DNA of 63,833 bases, the filler included, from a bacterium (lineage in GTDB: Bacteria; UBP18; UBA7526), in the NCBI GenBank assembly GCA_030615855.1. It is 5 parts of 5 records of this genome, joined end to end, with 100 filler letters (N's around TTAATTAATTAA, not from the genome) between each part and the next. Parts side by side here need not be neighbours in the genome. Positions count along the whole stretch, not along the records: positions 54,872 to 59,881 come from JAUWYL010000039.1; positions 59,982 to 63,833 come from JAUWYL010000003.1; 3 more parts are not named here. One strand, 5' to 3'. Below are positions 56,239-63,833 of the stretch, one piece after another. The notes beneath the pieces were generated by a model. The model was not told the DNA's origin. It saw only the letters and a list, made by a program, of their open reading frames with translations, and searched no databases. Within the stretch, counting starts at the first letter, position 1; each line of letters begins with the position of its first letter. The position numbers and the translations under genes were made by a program.

Positions 56239-57315
56239 ATGAAGACGAACAAATTCTTGGGACGTGATTGGATCGATGCGGAGTTGGATTATTCCAGAGA
56301 AGAGTGGGAAACCATGATTGATGTAGCATTGGAGCTAAAGCGCCGCTGGGCGATGGGGGAAGACCATTCGCATCTTCTCAAAGGTAAAACTCTTTTTACC
56401 ATGTTCTTCAATCAATCCCTTCGCACCCGGAGCACTTTCGCGGCAGGGATTCAGCAATTAGGAGGATTTCTTGTTGACCTGGAACCGAGCAAAACCTACA
56501 CCCCAGCCCGAAAGGGGTATGAGATTCCTTACAAGACAGAACGTATCTGTGATGTGGCTCAGATGCTGGACCGGGTAGGGGAGGCTATGGCCATCCGTAT
56601 GTATGGTGAACCTGCCCAGTGGATTTACGGCTTCGCCAATGCCACCATTAAGGAATTCGCCTATTATATGGAGAACCCGGTTATCAATATGGAATGCGAT
56701 AAATATCATCCCACGCAGGCTTTGGCAGATATGCTCACCATAAAAGAGAAGTTCGGTAGATTTAAAAGACTGAAGTTCGTTATGTCCTGGGCTTACTCTG
56801 GCTCTACACATAAACCATTTGCCGTACCACAAAGTCTGGTTTTGGCGCCGACAAAGATGGGGATGAATGTGGTCTTTGCCCGGCCGAAAGGTTTGGAACT
56901 TGACCCTGAGGTCATCAAACAGTGCAAGAAATTTGCTAAACAGACTGGCGGTTCTTTTGCGGAAACAGACGATATGGAAGCTGCGTTTGAAAACGCTGAT
57001 GTGGTCTATCCCAAATGTTGGGGAGCTATGGATTATTTCGCCCAAGTCGATAAAAAAGGCAAAATCGTCAAGAAAGAAAACCTGGATGGGATGAAGAAAC
57101 TCTTCGATAAGAACAAAGACTGGATCTGCGATGCCAAGAAGATGAAGCTCATCAAACCTAACGGAATCTATATGCACTGCCTGCCTGCGGATCGGGATAT
57201 GGAAGTGACGGATGAGGTCATCGATGGTCCCCAGTCCGTGGTCTTCGATGAGGCAGAGAACAGACTCCATGCCCATAAGGCCATCATGGCACTACTTATG
57301 GGAGGAAGATTGTAA
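56239..57315 (+). CDS. Transcarbamylase (AOTCase/YgeW-like)
   Basis: FFNQSLRTR, HPTQ, SWAYSGS.HKP, HCLP, EAENR. Confidence 0.88.
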   Translation: MKTNKFLGRDWIDAELDYSREEWETMIDVALELKRRWAMGEDHSHLLKGKTLFTMFFNQSLRTRSTFAAGIQQLGGFLVDLEPSKTYTPARKGYEIPYKTERICDVAQMLDRVGEAMAIRMYGEPAQWIYGFANATIKEFAYYMENPVINMECDKYHPTQALADMLTIKEKFGRFKRLKFVMSWAYSGSTHKPFAVPQSLVLAPTKMGMNVVFARPKGLELDPEVIKQCKKFAKQTGGSFAETDDMEAAFENADVVYPKCWGAMDYFAQVDKKGKIVKKENLDGMKKLFDKNKDWICDAKKMKLIKPNGIYMHCLPADRDMEVTDEVIDGPQSVVFDEAENRLHAHKAIMALLMGGRL

Positions 57316-57330
57316 TACAGAGAAGAATAA

Positions 57331-57460
57331 AATAGTTACTAACAGTTACTAAGGGTTACGAACGGTTACTAAGCAGTTACCGATGCTATAAAGCAACCGC
57401 TAGCAACCGATAGTAACAGTCCCGATTTTATCGGGACGTAGTAACCAATAGTAACCGCTG
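57331..57460. repeat. 10-bp GTTAC/GTAAC periodic hairpin array with nested GTCCCGA..TCGGGAC
   Basis: Five GTTAC units then opposing GCAAC/GTAAC units. Confidence 0.75.
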
Positions 57461-57492
57461 TATTCTATGCTTATGCCTGAAAGGAGAGTAGT

Positions 57493-58512
57493 ATGCCTAA
57501 GTCAGAATTGTTTGGGAAGGATTTGATCTGCACCCAGGAGTGGTCAAAGGAAGAATTGGTTAAGGTTTTAGAGTTGGCAGAAGAAATGCAGAGGGGTAGG
57601 TTTTCTCCCCAGTATACCTCTATCCTGAAGGACAAGACCTTCTTCATGTTCTTCTATAATCCCTCGGTGAGAACCAGACAGTCCTTTGAGTGTGCGGCAA
57701 CAGAACTGGGAGGCCATGCCCAGTTCCTGGAGCCCAAGGCCATGCGGCTGAAGACAGCGAAGACAGCAGGGGAGACGGTAGAGGATGCCGCAAAGATTAT
57801 GTCGAGATATGCCTGCGGGATCGGGATTAGGATGTTAGAAGATAAGATCACCAGATATGGAGAAGGGGATGAGCTATTGCGGGAGTATGCTAAGTGGGCC
57901 GATGTCCCCATAATCAGCATGGCTCACGATAAGTACCATCCTTGCCAGGGCCTGGCAGATATCATGGGACTGAGGAAACATTTGGGAAAGGATTTGAAGG
58001 GTAAGAAACTGCTCCTTACCTGGGCCCATGGTGCCCTGGCCCGTTCATGGTGTAGCGTTCAGGAGGCGGCATTACTCTATTCTCGATTCGGGATGGATGT
58101 TACCATTGCCTCTCCTGAAGGATACGACCTCGATCCAGAGGTGATAGAAGAAACAAAGAAGAATTGCTCCAAAAATGATGCCAAATTTGAGATTACCCAT
58201 GATGTTAAGGAAGGATATAAAGGAGCGGATGTTGTCTATTCCCGGAACTGGATGAGCCCCCAGGCTTATCGGGGTGGAGAACTTCGTAAAGAAGAAGAGA
58301 TTGAGAAGGCCCTGAAGTATACTGAATGGATCTGTGATTCTGAAAAGATGAAACTGGGCAATAATCCATTATTCATCCATCCCATGCCCGTTGATCGGGG
58401 GCATGAGGTGACGGATGAGGTGGCCAGCGGGTCCCGTTCCATCATCTACGATGTAGCAGAGAACCGGCTCCATGTTCAGAAAGCCATTATGGCTCTGACT
58501 ATGGCAAAATAG
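57493..58512 (+). CDS. Second transcarbamylase paralogue
   Basis: FYNPSVRTR, HPCQ, HPMP, AENR. Confidence 0.88.
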   Translation: MPKSELFGKDLICTQEWSKEELVKVLELAEEMQRGRFSPQYTSILKDKTFFMFFYNPSVRTRQSFECAATELGGHAQFLEPKAMRLKTAKTAGETVEDAAKIMSRYACGIGIRMLEDKITRYGEGDELLREYAKWADVPIISMAHDKYHPCQGLADIMGLRKHLGKDLKGKKLLLTWAHGALARSWCSVQEAALLYSRFGMDVTIASPEGYDLDPEVIEETKKNCSKNDAKFEITHDVKEGYKGADVVYSRNWMSPQAYRGGELRKEEEIEKALKYTEWICDSEKMKLGNNPLFIHPMPVDRGHEVTDEVASGSRSIIYDVAENRLHVQKAIMALTMAK

Positions 58513-58526
58513 AACGCACATCTGAA

Positions 58527-58616
58527 AAGTTCGGAGTTCGGAGTTCGGAGTTCGGAGAAAAAATACACCGAACTCAAGTGACCCCACCAAAGGCGGGGGA
58601 GCGTGCTCCAAACTAA
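58527..58616. repeat. 7-bp GGAGTTC periodic element, copy 2 (inverted)
   Basis: Homologous to 45790-45878 with a different internal hairpin. Confidence 0.8.
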
Positions 58617-58639
58617 ACCGACTAGAAGGAGGTTTTGAG

Positions 58640-59749
58640 ATGGCAAGAAGAATAAGGCTTTTTGCTTTTGGAGGAAATGAGGTGGCTCCGGCAGGATTGA
58701 CAGATGAGGAGGGAAAATCTATTATTCCCGACATCCCCATGCAATGGCAGAGGACGGATCAAACCTGTAAGGAAATAGCGGATGTGATTACTGCTCATCC
58801 AGAGGACGATTATATAATAAGCCATGGTAATGGCCCCCAGGTGGGAAACATCCTTTTAAGAGCAGAGTATTCTCATAAGATTCTGCATACCTTGCCTTTA
58901 GACGTCTGCGGTGCCGATACTCAAGGGTCAATGGGGTATATGATTGCCATGCTGGGGAACGAACTGAGGAATCGGGGGATAGATAAGATTGTGGCTGAGA
59001 CCGTGACCCAGGTGGTGGTTAATAAGGACGATCCTGATTTTCAGAATCCTACCAAGTTTATTGGCCCTTCCTATAGGAAAGAGGAAGCCCTGGAAAGGAA
59101 GGAGAAGTATGGTTGGGCAGTGAAATTATATTCGAAAGATGAGCAGGGGAAAGAAATCTGGAGGAGGGTGGTTCCTTCGCCGATACCTATAGATATCGTG
59201 GAGATAGACGCAGTAGAATCCGCCTTGAAAGCAGGCATCATCCCCATCAGTGTTGGTGGGGGAGGGATCCCGATAGTCCAGGTGGAGCCAGAGATCGTTG
59301 ATGGAAAAGAGGTTTATAAATGCAACTACGGAATTACCTATACCAGACCCTATGTCGAGGGCCAGCCAAAGGCCAAGATCTATACCGGCGTAGAGGCGGT
59401 CATCGATAAAGATTATGCTACTTCCCTTTTAGGAAGAATGCTGATTAAGAAAGCCAAAGAAAGAGGGGAGGAGTTAGAAGTGAGTTTTACCATCTTTACT
59501 GCAGAGGATGGAGCAAAGCTGAACTATCAAAAGCCGGATCAGAAGGACCTCAGGCATCTTACCTTAAGCGAGGCAAAGGAGCTATACAATCGCAAGCCCT
59601 GCCCTTTCCCTCCGGGAAGCATGGGTCCCAAGGTAAAGTCCATTATCGACTTCTTAGAGGCTGGGGGAAAGGTAGCCTATATCTCTTTAACCAAACTCTT
59701 CGGAAAGACCTTGAAGGGTGAAGCAGGCACGACCATTGTGCCTGATTGA
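58640..59749 (+). CDS. arcC: Carbamate kinase
   Basis: AFGGN, HGNGPQVG, NPTKFIGP, WRRVVPSP, GGGGIP, VIDKD, GSMGPK. Confidence 0.93.
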   Translation: MARRIRLFAFGGNEVAPAGLTDEEGKSIIPDIPMQWQRTDQTCKEIADVITAHPEDDYIISHGNGPQVGNILLRAEYSHKILHTLPLDVCGADTQGSMGYMIAMLGNELRNRGIDKIVAETVTQVVVNKDDPDFQNPTKFIGPSYRKEEALERKEKYGWAVKLYSKDEQGKEIWRRVVPSPIPIDIVEIDAVESALKAGIIPISVGGGGIPIVQVEPEIVDGKEVYKCNYGITYTRPYVEGQPKAKIYTGVEAVIDKDYATSLLGRMLIKKAKERGEELEVSFTIFTAEDGAKLNYQKPDQKDLRHLTLSEAKELYNRKPCPFPPGSMGPKVKSIIDFLEAGGKVAYISLTKLFGKTLKGEAGTTIVPD

Positions 59750-59800
59750 AGAAAAAAAGTGGGAAAGTGAGAAAGTGAGCAGGTGGGAAAGCGAGAAGAA

Positions 59801-59881
59801 GTGAAAAAGATAAAGGGATTGAGGTGTCTGGGATGTGGCCGGGAGTATAGTCCGGAAGAGGTGAAGTACAATTGCCCTTCC
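59801..59881 (+). CDS. N-terminal Zn-ribbon fragment, probably a threonine synthase-like PLP enzyme
   Basis: GTG start: MKKIKGLRCLGCGREYSPEEVKYNCPS into the gap. Confidence 0.55.
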
Positions 59882-59981
59882 NNNNNNNNNNNNNNNNNNN
59901 NNNNNNNNNNNNNNNNNNNNNNNNNTTAATTAATTAANNNNNNNNNNNNNNNNNNNNNNNNNNNNNNNNNNNNNNNNNNNN
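59882..59981. other. Contig linker
   Basis: N44-TTAATTAATTAA-N44. Confidence 0.97.
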
Positions 59982-61094
59982 CACCGTAACCAGAGGTCTC
60001 AACCTCTCTACAATCTTGGGCCCGATCCCGGGCACTCTCCTCAGATCATCAACTGAGGAATAGGGTCGACGGGCAATGATGTCCAGGGCCCGAGCAGGTC
60101 CTATCCTGGGCAGGGTCTTAAGCTCAGCAGCAGAAGCAGTATTGATATTGATCTTCTCCTCTTCAGTGAGAACCCTTACATAATCCCATCTTTCCTCCAG
60201 TGGCGGAGCCTTCCTCTCTGTTACTACCTCATAGGTCTTCCCATCTGTAGTAATGGTAATCATTCCCTGATAGTCTGTGCGATATATCTTGGCTCCCGTA
60301 GCATTCAGCCTATCCAGGGCCTCTTTAAAGGGGAGTTTGTGCTTATTGCCTTCTCCTACACTAATTGTCACCACCTCAGGCTTGACACAATTGAGGAATG
60401 GGGTACTACTAGAATGGGCCGAGCCATGGTGGCCAGCCTTTAATATAGTAGACCTTAGTTCATTACCATATCTACTAATCATATCCCTTTCTGATTCCTT
60501 AGCCGCATCAGCAGTCAACATGAAAGAGACATTTCCGTAGGTAAGTTTTACCACAATGGAAGAGTTATTGGCATCGCCATAATTCGGGCCGCCACCCACC
60601 ACCTGGGCGGTCACTCCCTTACCAAAATCGAGGAATTCTCCCACCTTTGGCTGGCGATACTTTATCTCCTTCCTGCCTCTTACCGCTTTCAAAAGGTCCT
60701 GATAAAGGTAAGTAGTCCCAGGCCACCCGGGGTCAAGGAATTCTACAATCTCAAGGGGGCTCTTAAGAATATAGATCAATCCTCCAATATGGTCGAAGTC
60801 TGGATGGGTCATTATCATCATATCGAGTCTCTTGATCCCCTTCTCTTTCAAGAAGGGAAGGATGACTGTTCTTCCCTTATCCTTACTTACATATCCTGGT
60901 CCTCCCATGCCACCATCGATTAGAATGTTCTTCCCATCTGGGGTGGTAATGACCGTAGAATCCCCCTGACCAATATCTAAGTAATAGACAGTAAGGGGGG
61001 CTTGCCGTCTAAAGGCATCTACCTGGCTAGTAAGACTAACTAAAAGAAGGGCAACGGAGAGGGGAACCAAAAGCCATAGTTTTTTCTTTATCAT
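59982..61094 (-). CDS. Secreted ComEC/Rec2-type MBL nuclease fused to a ComEA helix-hairpin-helix domain, 3'-truncated
   Basis: DIGQGDS, THPDFDHIGG, KAGHHGS, ININTAS..LPRIGP..VPGIGPK. Confidence 0.88.
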
Positions 61095-61321
61095 TTCTCG
61101 CCTCTCTTTAAAAGCTCCTCTTGTAATTTCTTAATCTCTTCTCTTCTCTCCTTCTCTCTTTCTGGATTTATTCTGAAGATAATGTCCAGTACGTTCCCTT
61201 CCCTGGTCCCTTCTGGGAGATACTTCAAGGGAATATTGACTACCTCCCTCCATTCCAACTCCACTACGGCTAAATCTCCTTCTATTCTATCGACCACTCC
61301 CTCGCTCTTCGATTCCTTCAT
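61091..61321 (-). CDS. DUF3006-family protein
   Basis: VVDRIEGDLAV..LP....EG; coupled to the ComEC-like gene. Confidence 0.82.
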   Translation of the reverse strand: MKESKSEGVVDRIEGDLAVVELEWREVVNIPLKYLPEGTREGNVLDIIFRINPEREKERREEIKKLQEELLKRGEK

Positions 61322-61449
61322 CCCGTTAGACCTCCTTTCTCAATTTTCCAAACTCTTTTTAAGCACCAAGTTAAAGGTTTTATCCGTGATAATCCGTGTA
61401 TTCAAGCCCAAGCAGTAAGCAGAATAAAAAAATCCGTGTCTAGAGTATC

Positions 61450-61995
61450 TTAATCTGAAAAGGGAAGCACAAACTCCTGGTACTGGCCGGGATGGTATTT
61501 TCTCTTATTGTCACTCTTCGGGCTCCTCTTCACCCTTATTGGTCGAACACCTGCTTCCCTGGCCTCTGTGATATCTGAGTCACTATCCCCGAAGTAGGCA
61601 ACAAATCTTCCTTTCTCTAAGATGGATGACTTATTTCTCTCGAAGTAGAATTCCCGGGCAAGCCACTTCCAGTTCTTCTTCAACTCCTCCCCTCCATATC
61701 CCTGGCGAGAAGTGATGATTACTGCATCATAGCCCAGGGCCTTATAGACCAAGGCAATAGTCATTGGGACCAGTTTCTTCTTATCCAGATGGAAACTACT
61801 ATTCACTACCCTCCAATATTCCTCTGAATAGGGGCGGGCTCCACTCTCCGCGGCCTCCCTAAAAGATAAGGTGGAGAAGACTAAAGTATCATCGTAGTCA
61901 AAGCCCACCTTCAGATCTCTAATATTCACGGAAGTGAGAACAAGGGCATAGATGCAGACAATGGAGAGCAAGGTAATCTTAACTTTTCTCTTCAT
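61450..61995 (-). CDS. HAD-superfamily class B acid phosphatase-like (AphA-like)
   Basis: Signal/TM, VGFDYDDTLVFS, ITSR, YFGDSDSDI. Confidence 0.78.
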   Translation of the reverse strand: MKRKVKITLLSIVCIYALVLTSVNIRDLKVGFDYDDTLVFSTLSFREAAESGARPYSEEYWRVVNSSFHLDKKKLVPMTIALVYKALGYDAVIITSRQGYGGEELKKNWKWLAREFYFERNKSSILEKGRFVAYFGDSDSDITEAREAGVRPIRVKRSPKSDNKRKYHPGQYQEFVLPFSD

Positions 61996-62024
61996 TTTTC
62001 TAGACTCCTTTTATTCGTGTTAAT

Positions 62025-62052
62025 AAAAAGGTCAGTCTATAAGACTGACCTT
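62025..62052 (-). terminator. Intrinsic terminator just upstream of the AphA-like gene
   Basis: AAGGTCAGTCT/AGACTGACCTT stem with TTTTT on the minus strand. Confidence 0.65.
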
Positions 62053-62136
62053 AATCAAAAACTTCTGGAGAAGATTTTTTCTGTATTTCTTAATTAATGG
62101 ATGTAAATTTAGCACCGGACTTACCCCCTGGGCAGA

Positions 62137-62165
62137 CCCCATTAGATGTTTACTATCTAACGGGG
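62137..62165. mobile_element. Short 29-bp form of the CCCCRTTAGA element
   Basis: Reverse complement CCCCGTTAGATAGTAAACATCTAATGGGG equals the joined ends of 11378-11475. Confidence 0.6.
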
Positions 62166-62205
62166 TAAGGCGATCTCAAGGTGCTACTCTCTTCATTATA
62201 GAAGT

Positions 62206-62234
62206 AGTATATCACTTCAATTATTCTTTGTCAA
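62206..62234 (-). promoter_or_regulatory. Sigma70 promoter
   Basis: TTGACA-17-TATACT. Confidence 0.7.
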
Positions 62235-62674
62235 GTTTTTTTAGAAATTTTTTCGCTCAATAATTCAAGCGTATACTTAGCGATGTCCATAGTGGAAATG
62301 ATTCCCACCACCTTCTTCTCCCTTAACACGGGTACCCTATGGATATGATTCTTGACCATGATCTCACATATCTCTTTCAGGGACGTCTCCTCGTTCACCG
62401 AGAGCACCTCCTTAGTCATGATCTCCTCCACCCAGACGCGATACTCATAGGGGAGGCGGAAGGCATAGTGCTCTACCTCCTCTCCCCTTATATCATAGAT
62501 GGAGAGGAGGTGCTTCTCTGATATGATGCCCACCATCTCTCCCTTCTTATCTATTACTGGAAGGCCGGTGATCTTATTCTTCTTCAAAATCTCATCCGCC
62601 TCTCTGATGCTAGTATTACGGCTTATGGTAATTACTTTCTTAGTCATGATATCCCTTGCCTTTATCTTCTCCAT
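62231..62674 (-). CDS. CBS-domain pair protein
   Basis: ARDIMT..GLPVID..VGIIS; EIMT..HRVPV..VGIIS. Confidence 0.92.
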   Translation of the reverse strand: MEKIKARDIMTKKVITISRNTSIREADEILKKNKITGLPVIDKKGEMVGIISEKHLLSIYDIRGEEVEHYAFRLPYEYRVWVEEIMTKEVLSVNEETSLKEICEIMVKNHIHRVPVLREKKVVGIISTMDIAKYTLELLSEKISKKT

Positions 62675-62723
62675 CTCATACCCCCTGGATTTTGTGTTTC
62701 GTGTTTTTTCGTGTTCCTACCCG

Positions 62724-62746
62724 CCCCGCACCTATGAGGTGCGGGG
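62724..62746. repeat. Minimal CCCCGCACCT-ATG-AGGTGCGGGG hairpin
   Basis: Same termini as the elements at 51020 and 55987. Confidence 0.7.
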
Positions 62747-62781
62747 TAAATGTGGTTTCGTGTCTCATTTCTCTTACTTCC

Positions 62782-63833
62782 TTATCTCTTAAAGGCCTCA
62801 CCCGACTTGGTTATAGCCACCTTTGCTGCTAAGGGGCCGAGCAACTCATTCAGGGCTACCCCGGCCAAGACGACATTGGTAATAATTGTAGCATACTGAG
62901 AAAAATCGGGATTCTGTTGGATAAACAAGATAAGTCCAATGGCCACCCCTGCCTGGGGCACCAGACCCAATCCCAAATACCTCTGGACCGATTTTGGCGC
63001 TTGGGCCAGCCGGGCTCCCATCCCAGCTCCTCCTATTTTACCCACTACCCGAGAAATAAAGTATATTCCTCCTAAAAGCCCTATTTTTAATAGGAGGTGG
63101 AGGTCGAGATGCATACCGGCAATGGTGAAGAAAGCCACATAGATGGGAGGCTCGATGCCCTGGATAGAACCTGCCACCAGATGAATCTTCTTGGAGACAT
63201 TGGCTAAGGTAAAGCCTAAGGCCATATTGGCTAAGAGGGGAGATAGATGATGCATAGTGGCTATTCCACTACATACCATGACCATTCCCAGCATCACTAT
63301 CAGGGCCCCGCTCCTCCCCCTTACCAAGTGTAAGAAGAGGAGGGAGACTAAAGCTAAGAAAACACCGAGGATTAGAGAGCCCAGTATCTCTAATAGGGGG
63401 TGGCCTAAAACAAGAAGAGGGAGAAACTCTCCACCTCCACTTGCCAGGCCATTCATAATGCCATAGACGATGCCAAAGATTATGATGCAGAATCCATCAT
63501 TCAAAGCAACCACTGCTAAGAGGGTATCGGTGAGTGGTCCCTTGGCCCGGTATTCATTCATCACCGCTAAGGTAGCTGCGGGGGCGGTAGCGCTCGCTAT
63601 GGCTCCCAAGAGCAGGGCCAGAGGAAGGACCCCGAGCAATGCCCCTTCAGGGTTTAACCCACAGAGGGAAGGGAAGAGCATCCCAAATATTAGAACCATG
63701 AGAGAGACAAAAAAGAAAGCTCCTAAAGACTCCAGGGGAGCGATGTATTTGATATTTCTTCCTAACTCCTTTATCTTCCTTATTCTGAGTTCACTGCCTA
63801 TGGTAAAGGCGATGAGGCCCAGGGCCAAAGTGG
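62782..63833 (-). CDS. Cation:proton antiporter (CPA2), 5'-truncated by window edge
   Basis: ATAPAAT, VALND, FFTIAG, PQAGVAIG, NELLGP. Confidence 0.9.
   Translation of the reverse strand, partial: TLALGLIAFTIGSELRIRKIKELGRNIKYIAPLESLGAFFFVSLMVLIFGMLFPSLCGLNPEGALLGVLPLALLLGAIASATAPAATLAVMNEYRAKGPLTDTLLAVVALNDGFCIIIFGIVYGIMNGLASGGGEFLPLLVLGHPLLEILGSLILGVFLALVSLLFLHLVRGRSGALIVMLGMVMVCSGIATMHHLSPLLANMALGFTLANVSKKIHLVAGSIQGIEPPIYVAFFTIAGMHLDLHLLLKIGLLGGIYFISRVVGKIGGAGMGARLAQAPKSVQRYLGLGLVPQAGVAIGLILFIQQNPDFSQYATIITNVVLAGVALNELLGPLAAKVAITKSGEAFKR

Noticed and set aside
56458-57276. 272-aa antisense ORF and other long opposite-strand ORFs (e.g. 35814-36410, 40443-40991)
   Set aside because: Shadows of well-supported genes with no recognisable motifs.
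26107-59981. Recurring TTAATTAATTAA motif and truncated genes as biological repeats or pseudogenes
   Set aside because: Artificial contig linkers; alaS, the acyltransferase, thi4, jag, the YgeY-like and ComEC-like genes are cut by assembly breaks.
62100-62200. SAM-I riboswitch suggested by GGTGCTAAAT
   Set aside because: Lacks ATC..GAG, the GAGGGA kink-turn and GCAACC elements.
1-63833. tRNA, rRNA, transposase, integrase or reverse transcriptase genes
   Set aside because: None recognised by eye; a tRNAscan/Infernal/HMM run would be needed to exclude them formally.

Overview
Chromosomal DNA of a diderm, probably anaerobic bacterium (TolC, outer-membrane barrel, FeoAB, Fe-S ATPase); the taxon cannot be fixed from sequence alone. 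The window is five contigs joined by 100-bp N44-TTAATTAATTAA-N44 linkers, so adjacency across linkers is not evidence. Contig 1 (1-26106): DUF5320/NifX/MinD-ferredoxin/DUF89 cluster, two Fur regulators with visible boxes, feoAB, gcvT-H-PA-PB, fadD-like, nfi, HU, tldD, mltG, yqgF, partial alaS. Contig 2 (26207-38066): lipid-acylation locus (acyltransferase, FakA, two FakB/DegV, three atypical PlsY paralogues, LolA-like protein, PaaX-like regulator with three 40-bp palindromes, FadR-like TetR, TolC). Contig 3 (38167-54771): NAD salvage, tRNA thiolation, nadA, IscR-like, bactofilin/M23, parAB, rsmG, mnmG, mnmE, jag. Contig 4: YgeY-like amidohydrolase, two transcarbamylases, carbamate kinase. Contig 5: ComEC/ComEA-like, AphA-like, CBS, antiporter. 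No rRNA, tRNA, CRISPR array or transposase was seen. Best leads: (1) the PaaX-like gene with its palindromes and the triple-PlsY/FakAB locus; (2) a ParB with a Noc-like Gln paired with a hybrid parS/NBS site; (3) several families of tiny hairpin or periodic repeats that nest in each other and lie in frame inside gcvPB, rsmG and mnmA.
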